From Heterodontus francisci (Eukaryota): a stretch of 64,000 bases of DNA. The notes under the pieces are model-generated. The model saw only the letters and a list, made by a program, of their open reading frames with translations, was not told the DNA's origin and searched no databases. How positions within the stretch are numbered: position 1 is the stretch's first letter; every line of letters begins with the position of its first letter. Location: assembly GCF_036365525.1 (NCBI RefSeq), contig NC_090371.1, positions 33,835,387-33,899,386 on the forward strand, given 5' to 3'. The position numbers and the translations under genes were made by a program. This document shows positions 1 through 13,570 of this stretch, piece after piece.

Positions 1-92
1 ACAAACAGATCAGCCACAATCTTATTGAATGGCGGAGCAGGCTCGAGGGGCCGAATGGCATTCTTCTGCTCCTGATCTGTATGTTCGTATGT
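1..92 (+). mobile_element. CR1 LINE 3' tail fragment
   Basis: gaatggcggagcaggctcgaggggccgaatggc...ctgctcct followed by a short tatg-type terminal repeat; typical CR1 3' end. Confidence 0.6.
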
Positions 93-1124
93 ACCTCTTG
101 CTGGTGGCTACTCCAGAATGGAAGGCCAACCAGTGCACTCCACCTATTGGCCATCCAAGGAGTAAGGCCAAACAGAAAGAGTATATTTGGCCTCTAGACT
201 GATGATGTCGGCCCTCTGACCTCTGCTTTCCCCCAGTGTAGAGCCATTCAAGTACTTGTTCGTGTTAAAAAAGAAACTTGGATTTGGAATGACTATTTTG
301 ACACATGCCATGTAATGCCACAGCTTCAGAATGCCATGCTGTAGTTAAGGACATCTCAGATACTTATAGTATCTGATGGAGGCCTGCAACTAGCACTAAG
401 AAAATGCTGTAGAAATTTGTTTATGAGGCAGAGAAGATGAGTGAGCGTAGAAAAGCACAACCATTCAAAGATTGTTTTTCATCCCCACTTCAAAGAGTGA
501 CAATAATCTGGAAGTTAGCAAGAATTGCCTAGGATACTGGAGCGGATGAAGGAGATTGTAATAATGCCAACAGCATAGTTTAAAAGCTGCAATCTCTTCT
601 GAATTAATGATGCCATTGTGTGGAGGCACTAAGTCTATTTTTGACCAGACTCTTTCTCCTCCTTGTGGTTGTCAGTAATCAAGGCACGTTTTTCAATATA
701 TTCCACCTCCCTGAGAGTCATGGAACTGGAACTCGCTTTGTCCCTAAATTTTGGCTAAGGGTAAAATATGTGCCGCTTCTGTTTTAATAACTTTTTAATG
801 AGGAACCCATTTCCTCCTTTTTCTGATCAGCCTTCTGTTTAGAAGGCTTTGCCCTCTCCACCACTCTGTTCTTTCTTCAGATCAATGACCTCCTCTACTA
901 ATTATCCAGCCTGATCTACTGCTGTGCTCATGATCTGAAAACTCCGTTAACTTGGCTCACTCTTTATTTCTCTTTCTTCAGATCACGTGTCCTGAATTCT
1001 CATAATCTCAGGCCCGGTTGCAGTACAATGACTGATCATTACATTTTGATCTCTGTGGCCTTCAAAAGAACAGTAAAAACATAATTTTCATCATTCCTTA
1101 AAAGACAATAATTGGATTTGTTTT

Positions 1125-2010
1125 AATTCATTCATGGGATGTGTGTGTCGCTGGCTAGAACAGCATTTGTTGCCCATCCCTAATTGCCCTTGAGAAGGTG
1201 ATGGTGAGCTGCCTTCTTGAATAGCTGCAGTCCATGTGTTGTAGGCACACCAACAGTGCTGTTAGGAAGGGAGTTCCAGGTTATTGCCCAGTGATTGTGA
1301 AAGAATGGCGATATAGTTCCAAGTCGGGACGTTCTGTGACTTGGAGGAGAACTTGCAGGTGGTAGTGTTCCTATGTGTCTTGCTGCCTTTGTCCTTCTAG
1401 GTGGTAAATGTTGCGCGTTTGGAAAGTGCTGTCAAAGGAGCCTTGGCGAGTTGCTGCAGTTTATCTTGTAAAAGGTACACACTGCTGCCACTGTGTATCG
1501 GTGGTGGAGAAAGTAAATGTTTAAGGTGGTGGATGGGGTGTCCAACCAAGAGGGCTGCTTTGTCTTGGATGGTGTCGAGCTTCCTGAGCATTGTTGGAGT
1601 CGCACTCATCCAGGCAAGTGGAGAGTATTCCATCACACTCCCAACTGGTGCCTTGTAGATGGTTGACAGGCTTTGGGGAGACAGGAGATGAGTTACTTGC
1701 TGCAGAATTCCTAGCCTCTGACCTGCTCTTGTAGTCACAGTATTTATGTGGCTGCTCCAGTTCAGTTTCTGGTCAATGGTAACCCTCAGGATGTTGGTAG
1801 TGGGGGATTCAGTGATGGTAATGCCACTGAATGTCAAGAGGAGTGGTTAGATTCTCTTTTGTTGGAGATGGTCATTGCCTGGCACTTGTGTGGCACGAAT
1901 ATTACTTGCCACTTATCAGCCCAAGCCTGAATGTCGCCCACGTCTTGCTGCTTGGGGACATGAGCTACTTCAGTATCTGAGGAGTCATGAATGGATTACA
2001 CTGTGTCCAT
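1125..2010 (-). mobile_element. 5'-truncated CR1/L2-group LINE (RT C-terminal part + 3' UTR), decayed
   Basis: ORF 1397..1837(-) ILRVTIDQKLNWSSHIN...MEYSPLAW is a LINE RT C-terminus; homologous copies at 42185-43750 and 46567-47212. Confidence 0.8.
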
Positions 2011-3439
2011 TTTATAGGCATAACACTGGTGCCTAAGGGTCTAATATGGAAGGTGGCATGCACGTGCTCATTACACGCCAAGAGTGCACTACTTGCCAAA
2101 TTGATTCCTCCACAGTCCCTTTGCATATGGGACTCAGGGACATAAAGCATGTTTCAGGCCCCTTTGCAAAACTAGACTAGGAATGACCCCAAAATGAACC
2201 ATGCACTCTCTGATCAGATTTTTACGGCACTCAGCCGCCAAATCAGTAGTGATTAAAGGGATTATTGGAGGCTCCACATTCAAACTGTGGGCCACTGCCG
2301 GCCACCACCCACACCCCCATCTCACCCCTGGACTCCCTTGAGGCCCTGGCCAATTTTGCTGCCTTTCTCATAACCAGTGGATTTCCTCTGGAGCTACGAA
2401 TGGCAGCTGCAGTTTGTCAGTACTATAACAATGAGGCCCACAGATCAACATGCCAGCATTCTGCCATCATCCTCATTAGGCTCATGTGCTACACCAGGAT
2501 CACAATTTCTAGGACTCTTCTTTAGGTCTCATACAAGCTTAATGAACAACTACCAGCTCGTATCATTGATTGCTCCACATTTAGTCCTCTTTCATCTATT
2601 GACATTTTTGGCCCCTTTTCGCCTCTGAATTCCAACCTCTTGATTAACACATTTATGTCCAAGACTTTTGTTCCTATCAAAAACTCTTAACAGCCCAAAC
2701 AGACTTGAATCCTGCTCCATATTTTGGTGGCTGTTCAAGCAACTCTCTTTCACTTCCAGAAGGACACAAGATTAAGGTGATCCAAGAGAGGGACCTCTCA
2801 ACTCCAATTTTCCTCTGTTGCAGACTCTCTTTCACTATTTAATTGACAGTACCTGAGTTAGCACTTGGCAGAAATCCATACTACATTACATTGCATATAG
2901 TCAATGGAAGGAATTGGCTTGGAAGTATTTTGGTCTTGTCCATTAATGCTTTCTGATGTTATTCTGGAGATTAATTATGAGAAATAAATTTGACCAGAGG
3001 CACTTGATAGTATATTATCAATAAATAAACAACCTCATCTTTTTATCAACTTGCAATATACACTTTCTTTAAGAAAAATGAGCAATTCTCAAATACCTTC
3101 TTCTATCGACTGAATTTTCTCATGAACAGTATAATACACCCACTAGAAAAAATAATGAATATGAATTACTGCCAAGAATAGCAATTCATAAAGCATTTGA
3201 TTTTATGTAGGTTTTGGAAAAGGGCCAAGGAAACAGTGGCCAATTAAAATGGCAAAAACCTACATCATTGTTCATTAATATTCATCAATTTCCTGTGATT
3301 AGATTTCTCAGCTGTCAGTTTCCTAGCTTCTTACCAATTCTTGCTGACAAAATCTTAGAATATCAAATCACTAGAAGACAGCTGTGGCCAGGAGAAATAC
3401 AATCTTGCATATTCAATCGTGTGTCTACTTAGCCCAGCT

Positions 3440-3735
3440 GGTAACAGTTTTGTGTCATTGCCTGATGTTGCCGGTGGATGTTAAAGGTTCCATGCCATTA
3501 TTTGAAAAAAAGGGAATCCTTCCATTGTAATTTTAACATTCCTGCTTCAACCAACACCACCAAGAAATAATGGGAGATTAAGTGACTATTTATCTCATGG
3601 ACACTTATGTGCTCTTGCCATGTGCAATATGGCCACCATATTTACCCACATGACAATATTAGCTGCACAATAATAATTTGATACATTTCTGAGATATGTG
3701 ATAAGGTATTAGGTGAATGCAATTTATTTCCTTTA
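3440..3735 (+). mobile_element. Old, degenerate Deu-domain-like SINE remnant
   Basis: gtggatgttaaaggttccatgccattatttgaa...caaccaacacc resembles the DeuSINE core as I recall it; related tail fragments at ~8460-8550 and ~27215-27305. Confidence 0.4.
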
Positions 3736-4129
3736 ATTACTTATTAATATACTATTTATTGGGTTACATATAAATTTTATTGACTTGTAAGTATATCAGG
3801 TTTCATGATAATGAATAAATTATAGGCAGCTTTCACTTTCTTCTGCAACCTATGTGCTGTTAAACCCATTCTTAGTGTTGCTACTTCTTGATTTTCCTCA
3901 TTCTCCCTCCTGCAGGTGATGTACTGAAATTAAGGCCTTGCCCTGTAGGAGTAATGGCCTAAGCATTGTATTAAATGTGCCCTTAAGATGGAATAAGTTG
4001 TCAATACAAGGAAAGGAAAGGGCCAATGCTCGTTAACCTATGAAGATTTATACAAACAAAACATTCCCTACCAGAGATAGAAAACAATCCATCAAGACGA
4101 CAGATCCACAGACCTCTCATTATGAAGGA

Positions 4130-4316
4130 ACATTGTCACTGGGTCAAAAACCTGGAACCCCCTTCCTATCAGCACTGTGGGTGTACCTACCCCTTCATGG
4201 ACTGCAGAGGTTCAAGAAGGCAGCTCACCACCACCTTCTCAAGGGCAAATAGGGATGGTCAATAAATGCTGGCCTTGCCAGCGACGCCCACATCCCATGA
4301 GCAAATTGAAAAAAAC
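4130..4316 (+). mobile_element. LINE 3' tail fragment (same family as 1125-2010)
   Basis: ttcaagaaggcagctcaccaccaccttctcaagggcaa...gccagcgacgcccacatcccatg followed by an A-rich end. Confidence 0.7.
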
Positions 4317-4606
4317 TATCTCCTGGCTTAGCTGGAAACCATTTTGTTAGCAAAGACCTCAGAAGTTAGCGAATAACCTGGACATGATTTAGCATGTCCA
4401 TGTACTGCTCCTTCATTGATGTGGGGGACATCAGGAGCACCAACAGGGCTGTGTGAGGTGATTGACATGTGTCACTCAGATTGGTCTTTGTTGAAGGTGT
4501 AGCAGTTCTGTGTGTAGTATATGTGGAAGGGTGACCAATAAAATTGTGAAGTGAAGACGTTAAGCAATAGCAGCCAGATATAAACAGATATATATATGTG
4601 TCACTT

Positions 4607-4667
4607 AGAAGGACAAGTTTTGCTGAGATCAAGGAAGGTGAGAAATGACTAGTCCAGATATAGTGTG
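4607..4667 (+). repeat. Left target-site duplication of the RTE (61 bp)
   Basis: agaaggacaagttttgctgagatcaaggaaggtgagaaatgactagtccagatatagtgtg, identical to 8073..8133. Confidence 0.95.
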
Positions 4668-7600
4668 TCGGTGGGAGAGGTCATCACACCTCACTGGACA
4701 GCTACCGCCCACCTCAAACCGGGCAGCCCCCGGTCAATAAGGTTCTGTCCCGCCACAGTCTACCTGCTTCAATGGGTGCTTGGAGCTCAGGGTCATTGCC
4801 CGAAAGGTGGACTGAAACACCGCACCAAACAACACGAAAAAAGGAAAGAAGGTACCAGCCCATCGTTTTGCAAGCTGGAACGTCAGAACTATGTGTCCTG
4901 GCCTGTCGGAAGACCTTACACAAATCAACGATTCTCGGAAGACCGCCATCATTGACAACAAGCTCAGTAGACTCAATGTAGACATTGCAGCACTTCAGGA
5001 GACACGCCTCCCCACGAGTGGATCTCCAGCAGAGCAAGACTACACCTTCTTCTGGCAGGGCAGGGATCCTGAAGAACCAAGACAGCATGGAGTGGGCTTC
5101 GCCTTCAGAAACTCCTTGCTCAGCATGATAGAGCCTCCCTCAAATGGCTCGGAACGCATACTGTCCATCCGACTGCTCACCACCTCTGGCCCAGTACACC
5201 TACTCAGCATCTATGCTCCAACACTCTGTTCCCCACCTGAAGCTAAAGATCAGTTCTACGAGGAACTCCATAACATCATTAGCAGCATCCCCAACACCGA
5301 ACACCTATTCCTGCTGGGGGACTTTAATGCCAGGGTTGGGGCTGACCATGACTCATGGCCCTCCTACCTTGGGCGCTATGGCGTTGGAAGGATGAATGAG
5401 AACGGGCAGAGACTGCTTGAGTTGTGTACCTATCATAACCTCTGCATCACCAACTCGTTCTTTCACACTAAACCCTGTCACCGGGTTTCATGGAGGCACC
5501 CAAGATCGCGTCGTTGGCACCAGCTAGACCTCATTGTCACAAGGCGAGCTGCCTTAAACAGTGTTCAAATCACACGCAGCTTCCACAGTGCGGACTGCGA
5601 CACTGACCACTCCCTGGTGTGCAGCAAGGTTAGACTCAGACCAAAGAAGTTGCATCATTCCAAGCAGAAGGGCCACCCGCGCATCAACACGAGCAGAATT
5701 TCTCACCCACAGCTGTTACAAAAATTTCTAAATTCACTTGTGTCAGCCCTTCAAAACAGTCCCACAGGGGATGCTGAGACCAAGTGGGCCCACATCAGAG
5801 ATGCCATCTATGAGTCAGCTTTGACCACCTACGGCAAAAGTGCGAGGAGAAATGCAGACTAGTTTCAATCTCATAATGACAAGTAGGAACCTGTCATAGC
5901 CGCTAAGCGCATTGCACTGTTGAACTACAAGAAAGCCCCCAGCGAGTAAACATCTGTAGCACTTAAAGCAGCCAGAAGCACTGCACAAAGAACAGCCAGG
6001 CGCTGCGCAAACGACTACTGGCAACACCTATGCAGTCATATTCAGCTGGCCTCAGACACCGGAAACAACAGAGGAATGTATGATGGCATTAAGAGAGCTC
6101 TTGGGCCAACCATCAAGAAGATCGCCCCCCTCAAATCTAAATCAGGGGACATAATTACTGACCAACGCAAACAAATGGACCGCTGGGTTGAGCACTACCT
6201 AGAACTGTACTCCAGGGATAATGTTGTCACTGACACCGCCCTCAAGGCAGCCCAGCCTCTACCAGTCATGGATGAGCTGGACATACAGCCAACCAAATCG
6301 GAACTCAGTGATGCCATCGATTCTCTAGCCAGCGGAAAAGCCCCTGGGAAGGACAGCATTACCCCTGAAATAATCAAGAGTGCCAAGCCTGCTATACTCT
6401 CAGCACTACATGAACTGCTTTGCCTGTGCTGGGACGAGGGAGCAGTACCTCAGGACATGCGCGATACCAATATCATCACCCTCTATAAAAACAAAGGTGA
6501 CCGAGGTGACTGCAACATCTACCGTGGAATCTCCCTGCTCATCATAGTGGGGAAAGTCTTTGCTCGAGTCGCTTTAAATAGGCTCCAGAAGCTGGCCGAG
6601 CGCGTATACCCTGAGGCACAGTGTGGCTTTCGTGCAGAGAGATCGACCGTTGACATGCTGTTCTCCCTTCGTCAGATACAGGAGAAATGCCGTGAACAAC
6701 AGATGCCCCTCTACATTGCTTTCATTGATCTCACCAAAGCCTTTGACCTCGTCAGCAGACGTGGTCTCTTCAGACTACTAGAAAAGATCGGATGCCCACC
6801 AAAGCTACTAAGTATCATCACCTCATTCCATGACAATATGAAAGGCACAATTCAACATGGTGGCTCCTCATCAGACCCCTTTCCTATCCTGAGTGGCGTG
6901 AAACAGGGTTGTGTTCTCGCACCCACACTTTTTGGGATTTTCTTCTCCCTACTGCTTTCACATGCGTTCAAGTCCTGTGAAGAAGGAATTTTCCTCCACA
7001 CAAGATCAGGGGGCAGGTTGTTCAACCGTGCCCGTCTAAGAGCAAAGTCCAAAGTACGGAAAGTCCTCATCAGGGAACTCCACTTTGCTGACGATGCTGC
7101 TTTAACATCTCACTGAAGAGTGCCTGCAGAGTCTCATCGACAGGTTTGCGGCTGCCTGCAATGAATTTGGCCTGACCATCAGCCTCAAGAAAACGAACAT
7201 CATGGGGCAGGATGTCAGAAATGCTCCATCCATCAATATTGGCGACCACGCTCTGGAAGTGGTTCAAGAGTTCACCTACCTAGGCTCAACTATCACCAGT
7301 AACCTGTCTCTAGATGCAGAAATCAACAAGCGCATGGGTAAGGCTTCCACTGCTATGTCCAGACTGGCCAAGAGAGTGTGGGAAAATGGCGCACTGACAC
7401 GGAACACAAAAGTCCGAGTGTATCAAGCCTGTGTCCTCAGTACCTTGCTCTATGGCAGCGAGGCCTGGACAACGTATGTCAGCCAAGAGCGACGTCTCAA
7501 TTCATTCCATCTTCGCTGCCTCCGGAGAATACTTGGCATCAGGTGGCAGGACCGTATCTCCAACACAGAAGTCCTCGAGGCGGCCAACATCCCCAGCTTA

Positions 7601-8072
7601 TACACACTACTGAGTCAGCGGCGCTTGAGATGGCTTGGCCATGTGAACCGCATGGAAGATGGCAGGATCCCCAAAGATACATTGTACAGCGAGCTCGCCA
7701 CTGGTATCAGACCCATCGGCCGTCCATGTCTCCGCTTTAAAGACGTCTGCAAACGCGACATGAAGTCCTGTGACATTGATCACAAGTCATGGGAGTCAGT
7801 TGCCAGCGTTCGCCAGAGCTGGCGGACAGCCATAAAGGCAGGGCTAAAGTGTGGCAAGTCGAAGAGACTTAGCAGTTGGCAGGAAAAAAGACAGAGGCAC
7901 AAGGGAAGAGCCAACTGTGTAACAGCCCCGACAATCAAATTTTTCTGCAGCACCTGTGGAAGAGCCTGTCACTCTAGAATTGGCCTTTATAGCCACTCCA
8001 GGCGCTGCTCCACACACCACTGACCACCTCCAGGCGCTTATCCATTGTCTCTCGAGATAAGGAGGCCAAAGA
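4668..8072 (+). mobile_element. Full-length RTE-clade non-LTR retrotransposon (~3.4 kb), inactivated
   Basis: APE endonuclease motifs (WNVRT, ALQETRL, LLGDFNARVG, DTDHSLV); RT motifs (APGKD, YRGISLL, FIDLTKAFD, GVKQGCVLAP, FADD); C-terminal CxxC...HxxxC finger; gaagaa tail; flanked by 61-bp direct repeats. Confidence 0.95.
4816..8023 (+). pseudogene. RTE ORF (endonuclease-reverse transcriptase) broken by stops and a frameshift
   Basis: Segments 4891..5862, 6076..7116 and 7202..8023; TAG at 5860 and further stops before 6076; frameshift near 7113. Confidence 0.9.
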
Positions 8073-8133
8073 AGAAGGACAAGTTTTGCTGAGATCAAGG
8101 AAGGTGAGAAATGACTAGTCCAGATATAGTGTG
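8073..8133 (+). repeat. Right target-site duplication of the RTE (61 bp)
   Basis: Identical to 4607..4667. Confidence 0.95.
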
Positions 8134-8910
8134 GAAGATAAATCTACCCAGGAGGAATGGATAGCAGCTCTACAGATGGAGGTTCATCACTGTGACATCT
8201 AAGAAGGTGAACTTCATACTCCCAGAGGAAGGTGATGTCACCAATTTATCCAGACCAGCTTTTAAGGACAAGGTTGTGAAATAAATTCTGGAATTATTGC
8301 TAACCACAAGCATAGATTTTAATTGAGGCAAAAACTGGCTGCCTAATGTTGTTAATTTACCAACTATCTAAGGATTCTAATCTTAAATTAATCACACTAA
8401 TTTATTTCAATCTCAGACACTGGTGTCAGCTAATTTATAATTATCAAGGGGTAGTTACTATAAAATAACAGATTAAATTACTAAACTTCAAAAGTGTTTT
8501 GGAATGTCTTGATGTCATGAAAGGTGCTATATAAATGTAAGACTTTACTTTCATTTAAGCAACTTTGTAACCTGTTTTTTATTTTGCGAATTATCCTTAT
8601 CTGATAATGATTTGTATACACAATATTTAAATGCTGCTGACCAAGATTCTAAGGTTAATAAACAATTACTTTGTTGTCTATTTCTTTGAGAATTGGCAAG
8701 AAAGAATTAATTCACTCAGTACCTTGTGCAGATTTTGACAGGTAGCTGGTCGTGGAAAAGATAACATAGTGTGAACTAGTTGATGTAAGATAGCCCAGAA
8801 AGCCAAATTCAGGCATTAGGGTTCCTAGGCATACACTGGATGGTGAACCCCAGATGATTTCTTCTCAAGAAGGTAAAGTGAAAGGGTAAGGATTCATCAG
8901 GTGCACTTAT

Positions 8911-11545
8911 CATAGAGTCAGAGACATTTACAGCATAGAAGGAGACCATTCGACCCATCAAGTCCATGCTGGCTCTCCGCAGAGCAATCCAGTCAGTCCC
9001 ACACTCACACACGATCCCCATAGCTCTGCAAGTATATTTTCCTCAAGTGCCCATCTAATTTCCTTTTGAAAGCTTTGATTGTCTCTGCTGCCACCACCAT
9101 CATGGGCAGCAAGTTCCAGGTCATTACCACTCGCAGTATAAAAAAGTTCTTCCTCACATTCTCATGCCCAAAACCTTCAATCCTTGTCCCCAGTCCTTTT
9201 ACCATTAGTTAATGGGGTCAGTTTTTCCTTGTCTAACTTTTTTAAGCCTTTAATAATCTTATACTCCGCTATCAAATCTGCCCTCAATCTCCTTTGCTGC
9301 AGGGAGAACAACCCCAGTTTTTCTAATCTAACCTTGTAACTAAAATCCCCCATCCCTGGAACCATTCTGGTAAATCTCCTCTGCACCTCTCAAGGAGCCT
9401 CACATCCTTCCGAAAGTGTGGTGACCAGAACTGGATGCAATACTCTAGTTGAGGCCTAACCAGAGCTTTATAAAGGTTCAGCATAACTTCCCTGCTTTTG
9501 TACTCAATGCAATTATTTATGTAGCCCAAGATCCCATAGACTTTGCTAACCACCCTCTCAATATGTCCTGCCAGCTTCAAAGATCGATGAACATGCACCC
9601 CCAGGTCCCTCTGTTCCTGTATACTCTTTAGAATTGCGCCATTAAGTCTATATTGCCTTACCTTATTCCTTCTGCCAAAATGCATTACCTCACAATTGTC
9701 TATATTAAATTCCATCTGCCACCTCTCTGCCCATTCTGCTAGTCTATGTCCTGTTGCAGGCAGTTCGTATCATTTGCACTGTTTGCTACTCCTCCAAGTA
9801 TGGGATCATCGGCAAATTTTGAAATTCTACTCTGTGTTCCAAAATCCAAGTCATTTATATATAGCAAAAAACGCAGTGGTCCGAGCACTAACCCTTGGAG
9901 AACACCACTGTTTACCATCCTCCAGTCTGAAAAACAACCAGTTACCACGACTCGCTGTTTTCTGTGCTTAAGCCAATTTTTTATCCAATTGGACACTGAT
10001 CCTCAGTTTTGTTAACTAGCCTTTTATGTGGTACTCTATCAAACGCTTTCTTGAAATCCATATAGACAACGTCCACCACATTCCCTTCATCAACCTTCTC
10101 TGTTATTTAATCAAAAAATTCAATTTGATTAGTTAAGCATGATCTGCCTTTTGCAAATCCATGCTAGTTCTCCTCAATTAACTCAAACCTCTCCAAGTGC
10201 CTGGTGGTCTTTTTCCCTTATTATTGTTTCTATAACCTTACCGATCCCTGATGTTAAACTAACTGGCCTGTAGTTGCTGGGACTGTCCTTACACCCTTTC
10301 TTGAATAAGGGTTTCACATTTGCCACTCTCCATTCCTCTTGCACCTCCTTCCCCTGCTCCCCCCGTCCCACCCTGCCCTCATATGTGGGGAAGATTAGAA
10401 GATTATGGCAAATCCTTCAGCTCAATTTCCTTTAGCAACCTGTGATGCAAGCCATCTGGAGCAGGTGACTTATCTACCCTAAGCATACCCAGCCTTTCCA
10501 GTACTTTCTCCCTTTCAATTGTTACCCTATCCATTTCCTCTACTCTCTCCGCTTCTACTGATATTTTGTCAGATTCCTCTTCCTTAGTAAACACTGATAC
10601 AATGTCTCTTACAGGCCCCACTCCACGTCTTATTACCTGCTTGCTATTTATATACCAGTGGAAGATTTTTGGGTTCCTTTTTATGTTAAATGCCATTATA
10701 TTCTCATATTCTCTCTTTGCCAGTCTTATTTTCCTCTTCACCTACCCTCTCAACTTATTGTATTTGGCTTGGTTCTCACTTGAAGAATTCATCTGACATG
10801 CATCACATAGCATCTTTTTTTGTTTCATCATAATTTCTATCTCCCTCATTATCCAAGGAGCCCTGTTTTTGGTTCTCGTACTTTTCACTTTTGTTGGAAC
10901 ATTCCTAGCTGTATCTGCAGCATTTCTTCCTTAAAGATAACCCATTGTTCCATTACAGTTTTTCCTGTCAGTCTTTGGCTCCATTTTATCCTGGCTAGAT
11001 CCCTTCTCATCACATTGAGATTAGCCCTCTTCCAATCTAGCCTTTCGACCTTATATCATCCCTTGCTTTCCTTCATTACAAATCTAAACCTTATGATACG
11101 ATGATCACTTTTACCCAAGTGCTCCCCTACAGATACTTGGTCCACTTGGTCCACCTCATTTCCCAGCACCATATCCAGCAATGCCTTCTTTCTATTTGGG
11201 CTGAGAACATACTGATCAGGGAATTCTTCCTGAATACATTTCAAAAATACCTCCCCCTCCTTACCCTTTACTCTAACATTATCCCAATTGATATTTGGAT
11301 GATTGAAGTTCCCCAATATCACCACTGTATAGTTCTTGCACATCTCTGTGCTTTCCCTGCAGATTTGCTCCTCTATCTCTCTCTCTCTCACTATTTGGAA
11401 GCCTGTAGAATACCCCTAGTAGCATGATCATAGCCTTTTTGCTTCGCAACTCTAATTAAATGGATTCTGTCCTTGCCCCTCAAGGACACCCTCTTTCCAG
11501 CACTATAATGTCTTCCCTAATCAGTACAGTCACCCCACCTCTCTT
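8911..11545 (-). mobile_element. CR1 LINE, 5'-truncated and decayed (EN + RT + tail)
   Basis: ORF fragments VVILGNFNHPNINW, SDHRII, PSNYRPVSLTS, ISKFADD, LVRPQLEYCIQFWSP, RRLRADLI; CR1 tail near 8911-9000. Confidence 0.9.
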
Positions 11546-12239
11546 TTTTTGTTTATTCCGGTTGAGAAGAAAGAATAATAATAGCAAGGGAAGGATTTCA
11601 TCAGGCATGTAATTCACACAAACGTTGAATTTTTTTATTTTTATACGGAACGAAGCCCTTTTCAAATTTTCTTTCTGCCAAAACTGTTTGGATAAACCAG
11701 CTATTATTCTTGGGGGGGGTTTCACACCAATAATTTCCTTCTTTTCTGTAGCAAAGATCACTGCTATGACAACAACTTGCACTTATATAGCATCTTTAAC
11801 ATAGTAAAACATCCCACAGCACTTTGCAGGAATGAGGTCAAACAAAATCTGACACAGAGCCACATAATAGGTGTCCAAAAGCTTTCTTTTTATTCTTTCA
11901 TGTGGGATGTGAGTGTCACTGGCAAGGCCAGCATTTATTGCCCATCCCTACTTGCCCTTGAGAAGTTGATGGTGAGTATTTAGATTCTTGGGGATATATT
12001 GCAAGTATCCTTTGAAGTTTGTCCAGGACAAAGAAAATTAAAACATATCGATTTTCAGGTACACAAGACAATAGCACGTTTCATTCAGTGGTTAGATTTT
12101 AATTTGGGCCACTGGACATAAACAAGGCAGTAGTGGACCAAATATAACATGCCACCTCCTTTTCACTGGTACTGAGGCATCTTCAGGGAGACCTCCTGCT
12201 GGGCCCAACTGTTTTAAGCTTTTATTGTTCAAATTAGTG

Positions 12240-13272
12240 TCCAATGATGTTTGCAGTGGCGTTCCATAGGGTTCAGTACTGGGTCCCCTGCTTTTTGTAG
12301 TATATATTAACGATTTGGACGGAAATGTAGGGGACATGATCAGGAAGTTTACAAACGACACAAAGACTGGCCGTGTGGTAGATAACGAAGAGGATAGCTG
12401 TAAGCTGTAAGAAGATATTGATGATCTGGTCAGATGGGCAGAAAAGTGGCAAATGGAATTCAAACTAGGGAAGTGTGAGGTGATGCATTTGGGGAAGTCA
12501 AACAAGGCATAGGAATACATGATTAATGAGAAAATACTGAGAAGTGTAGAGGAAGTGAGAGACCTTGGAGTGAATGTCCACAGATCCCTGAAGGTAGAAG
12601 GACAGGTCGATAGGTGGCTAAGAAGGCATATGGAATCCTTTCCTTTATTAGTCGAGCTATAGACTATAAGAGCAGGGAGGTTATGCTGGAACTGTGTAAC
12701 TCATTGGTTAGGCCACAACTTGAGTACTGTGTGCAGTTCTGGTCATCTCATTACAGAAAGGATGTAATTACACCAAAGAGGTTACAGAGGAGATTTACGA
12801 AGATGTTGCCAGGACTGGAAAAATGCAGCTATGAGGAAAGATTGGATAGGATGGGGTTGTTCTCCTTGGAACAGAGAAGACTGAGGGGAGATCTGATTGA
12901 AATGTACCAAATTTTGAGGGGCCTGGATAGAGTGGAGATGAAGGGTCTATTCACCTTAACAGAGAGATCAGTGACGAGGGGGCATAGATTTAAAGTGATT
13001 GGTAGAAAAGTTAGAGTAGAGTTGAGGAAAACATTTTTCACCCAGAGGGTGGTGGAGGTCTGGAATTCACTGCCTGAAAGGGTAGTTGAGGCTGAAACCC
13101 TCAACTCATTTAAAAGGAGTCTGAATATGCTCCTCAAGTGCAGCAATCTACAGGGCTACGGACCAATGCTGGAAGGTGGGACTAAAATAGGTGCATAATT
13201 TTTCGGCCGGGACAGAAATGATGGGCCAAGTGGCCTCTTTCTGAGCCTTAAACTTGCTATGATTCTATGATG
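12240..13272 (+). mobile_element. CR1 LINE 3' fragment
   Basis: ORF 12614..13198 LVRPQLEYCVQFWS...RRLRGDLIE...WNSLP; ends in ctatgattctatgat. Confidence 0.9.
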
Positions 13273-13570
13273 TACATAGTGCCCTGATTACTATTCTAGG
13301 GCAGTATGTACCAATCCCTCCACTAAAACAGTGAAGGCAGGAATTTCACACAAACATATTAAGCATTCAATTGCTGGTATTACACAATGTGATTTCTGGA
13401 CTATCAGCTTTTGAATAATCTGCTATACACTTCAATCCAAGAACACAGATATTAAACAACAAATAAATCTAAAGCAATACTTCAAGGTAAACTAATGGAT
13501 AATGGGATATAGTTCAAAGTGAAACTTAGGGCTGATGGCAGGTGGAATTTCTTCACTCAGAGAGCAATTG

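Noticed and set aside
4366-4632. Host exon interrupted by the RTE
   Set aside because: No clear splice sites. Joined across the TSD, the minus strand has stops and only a faint Penelope-RT-like TFLDL motif; too degenerate to call.
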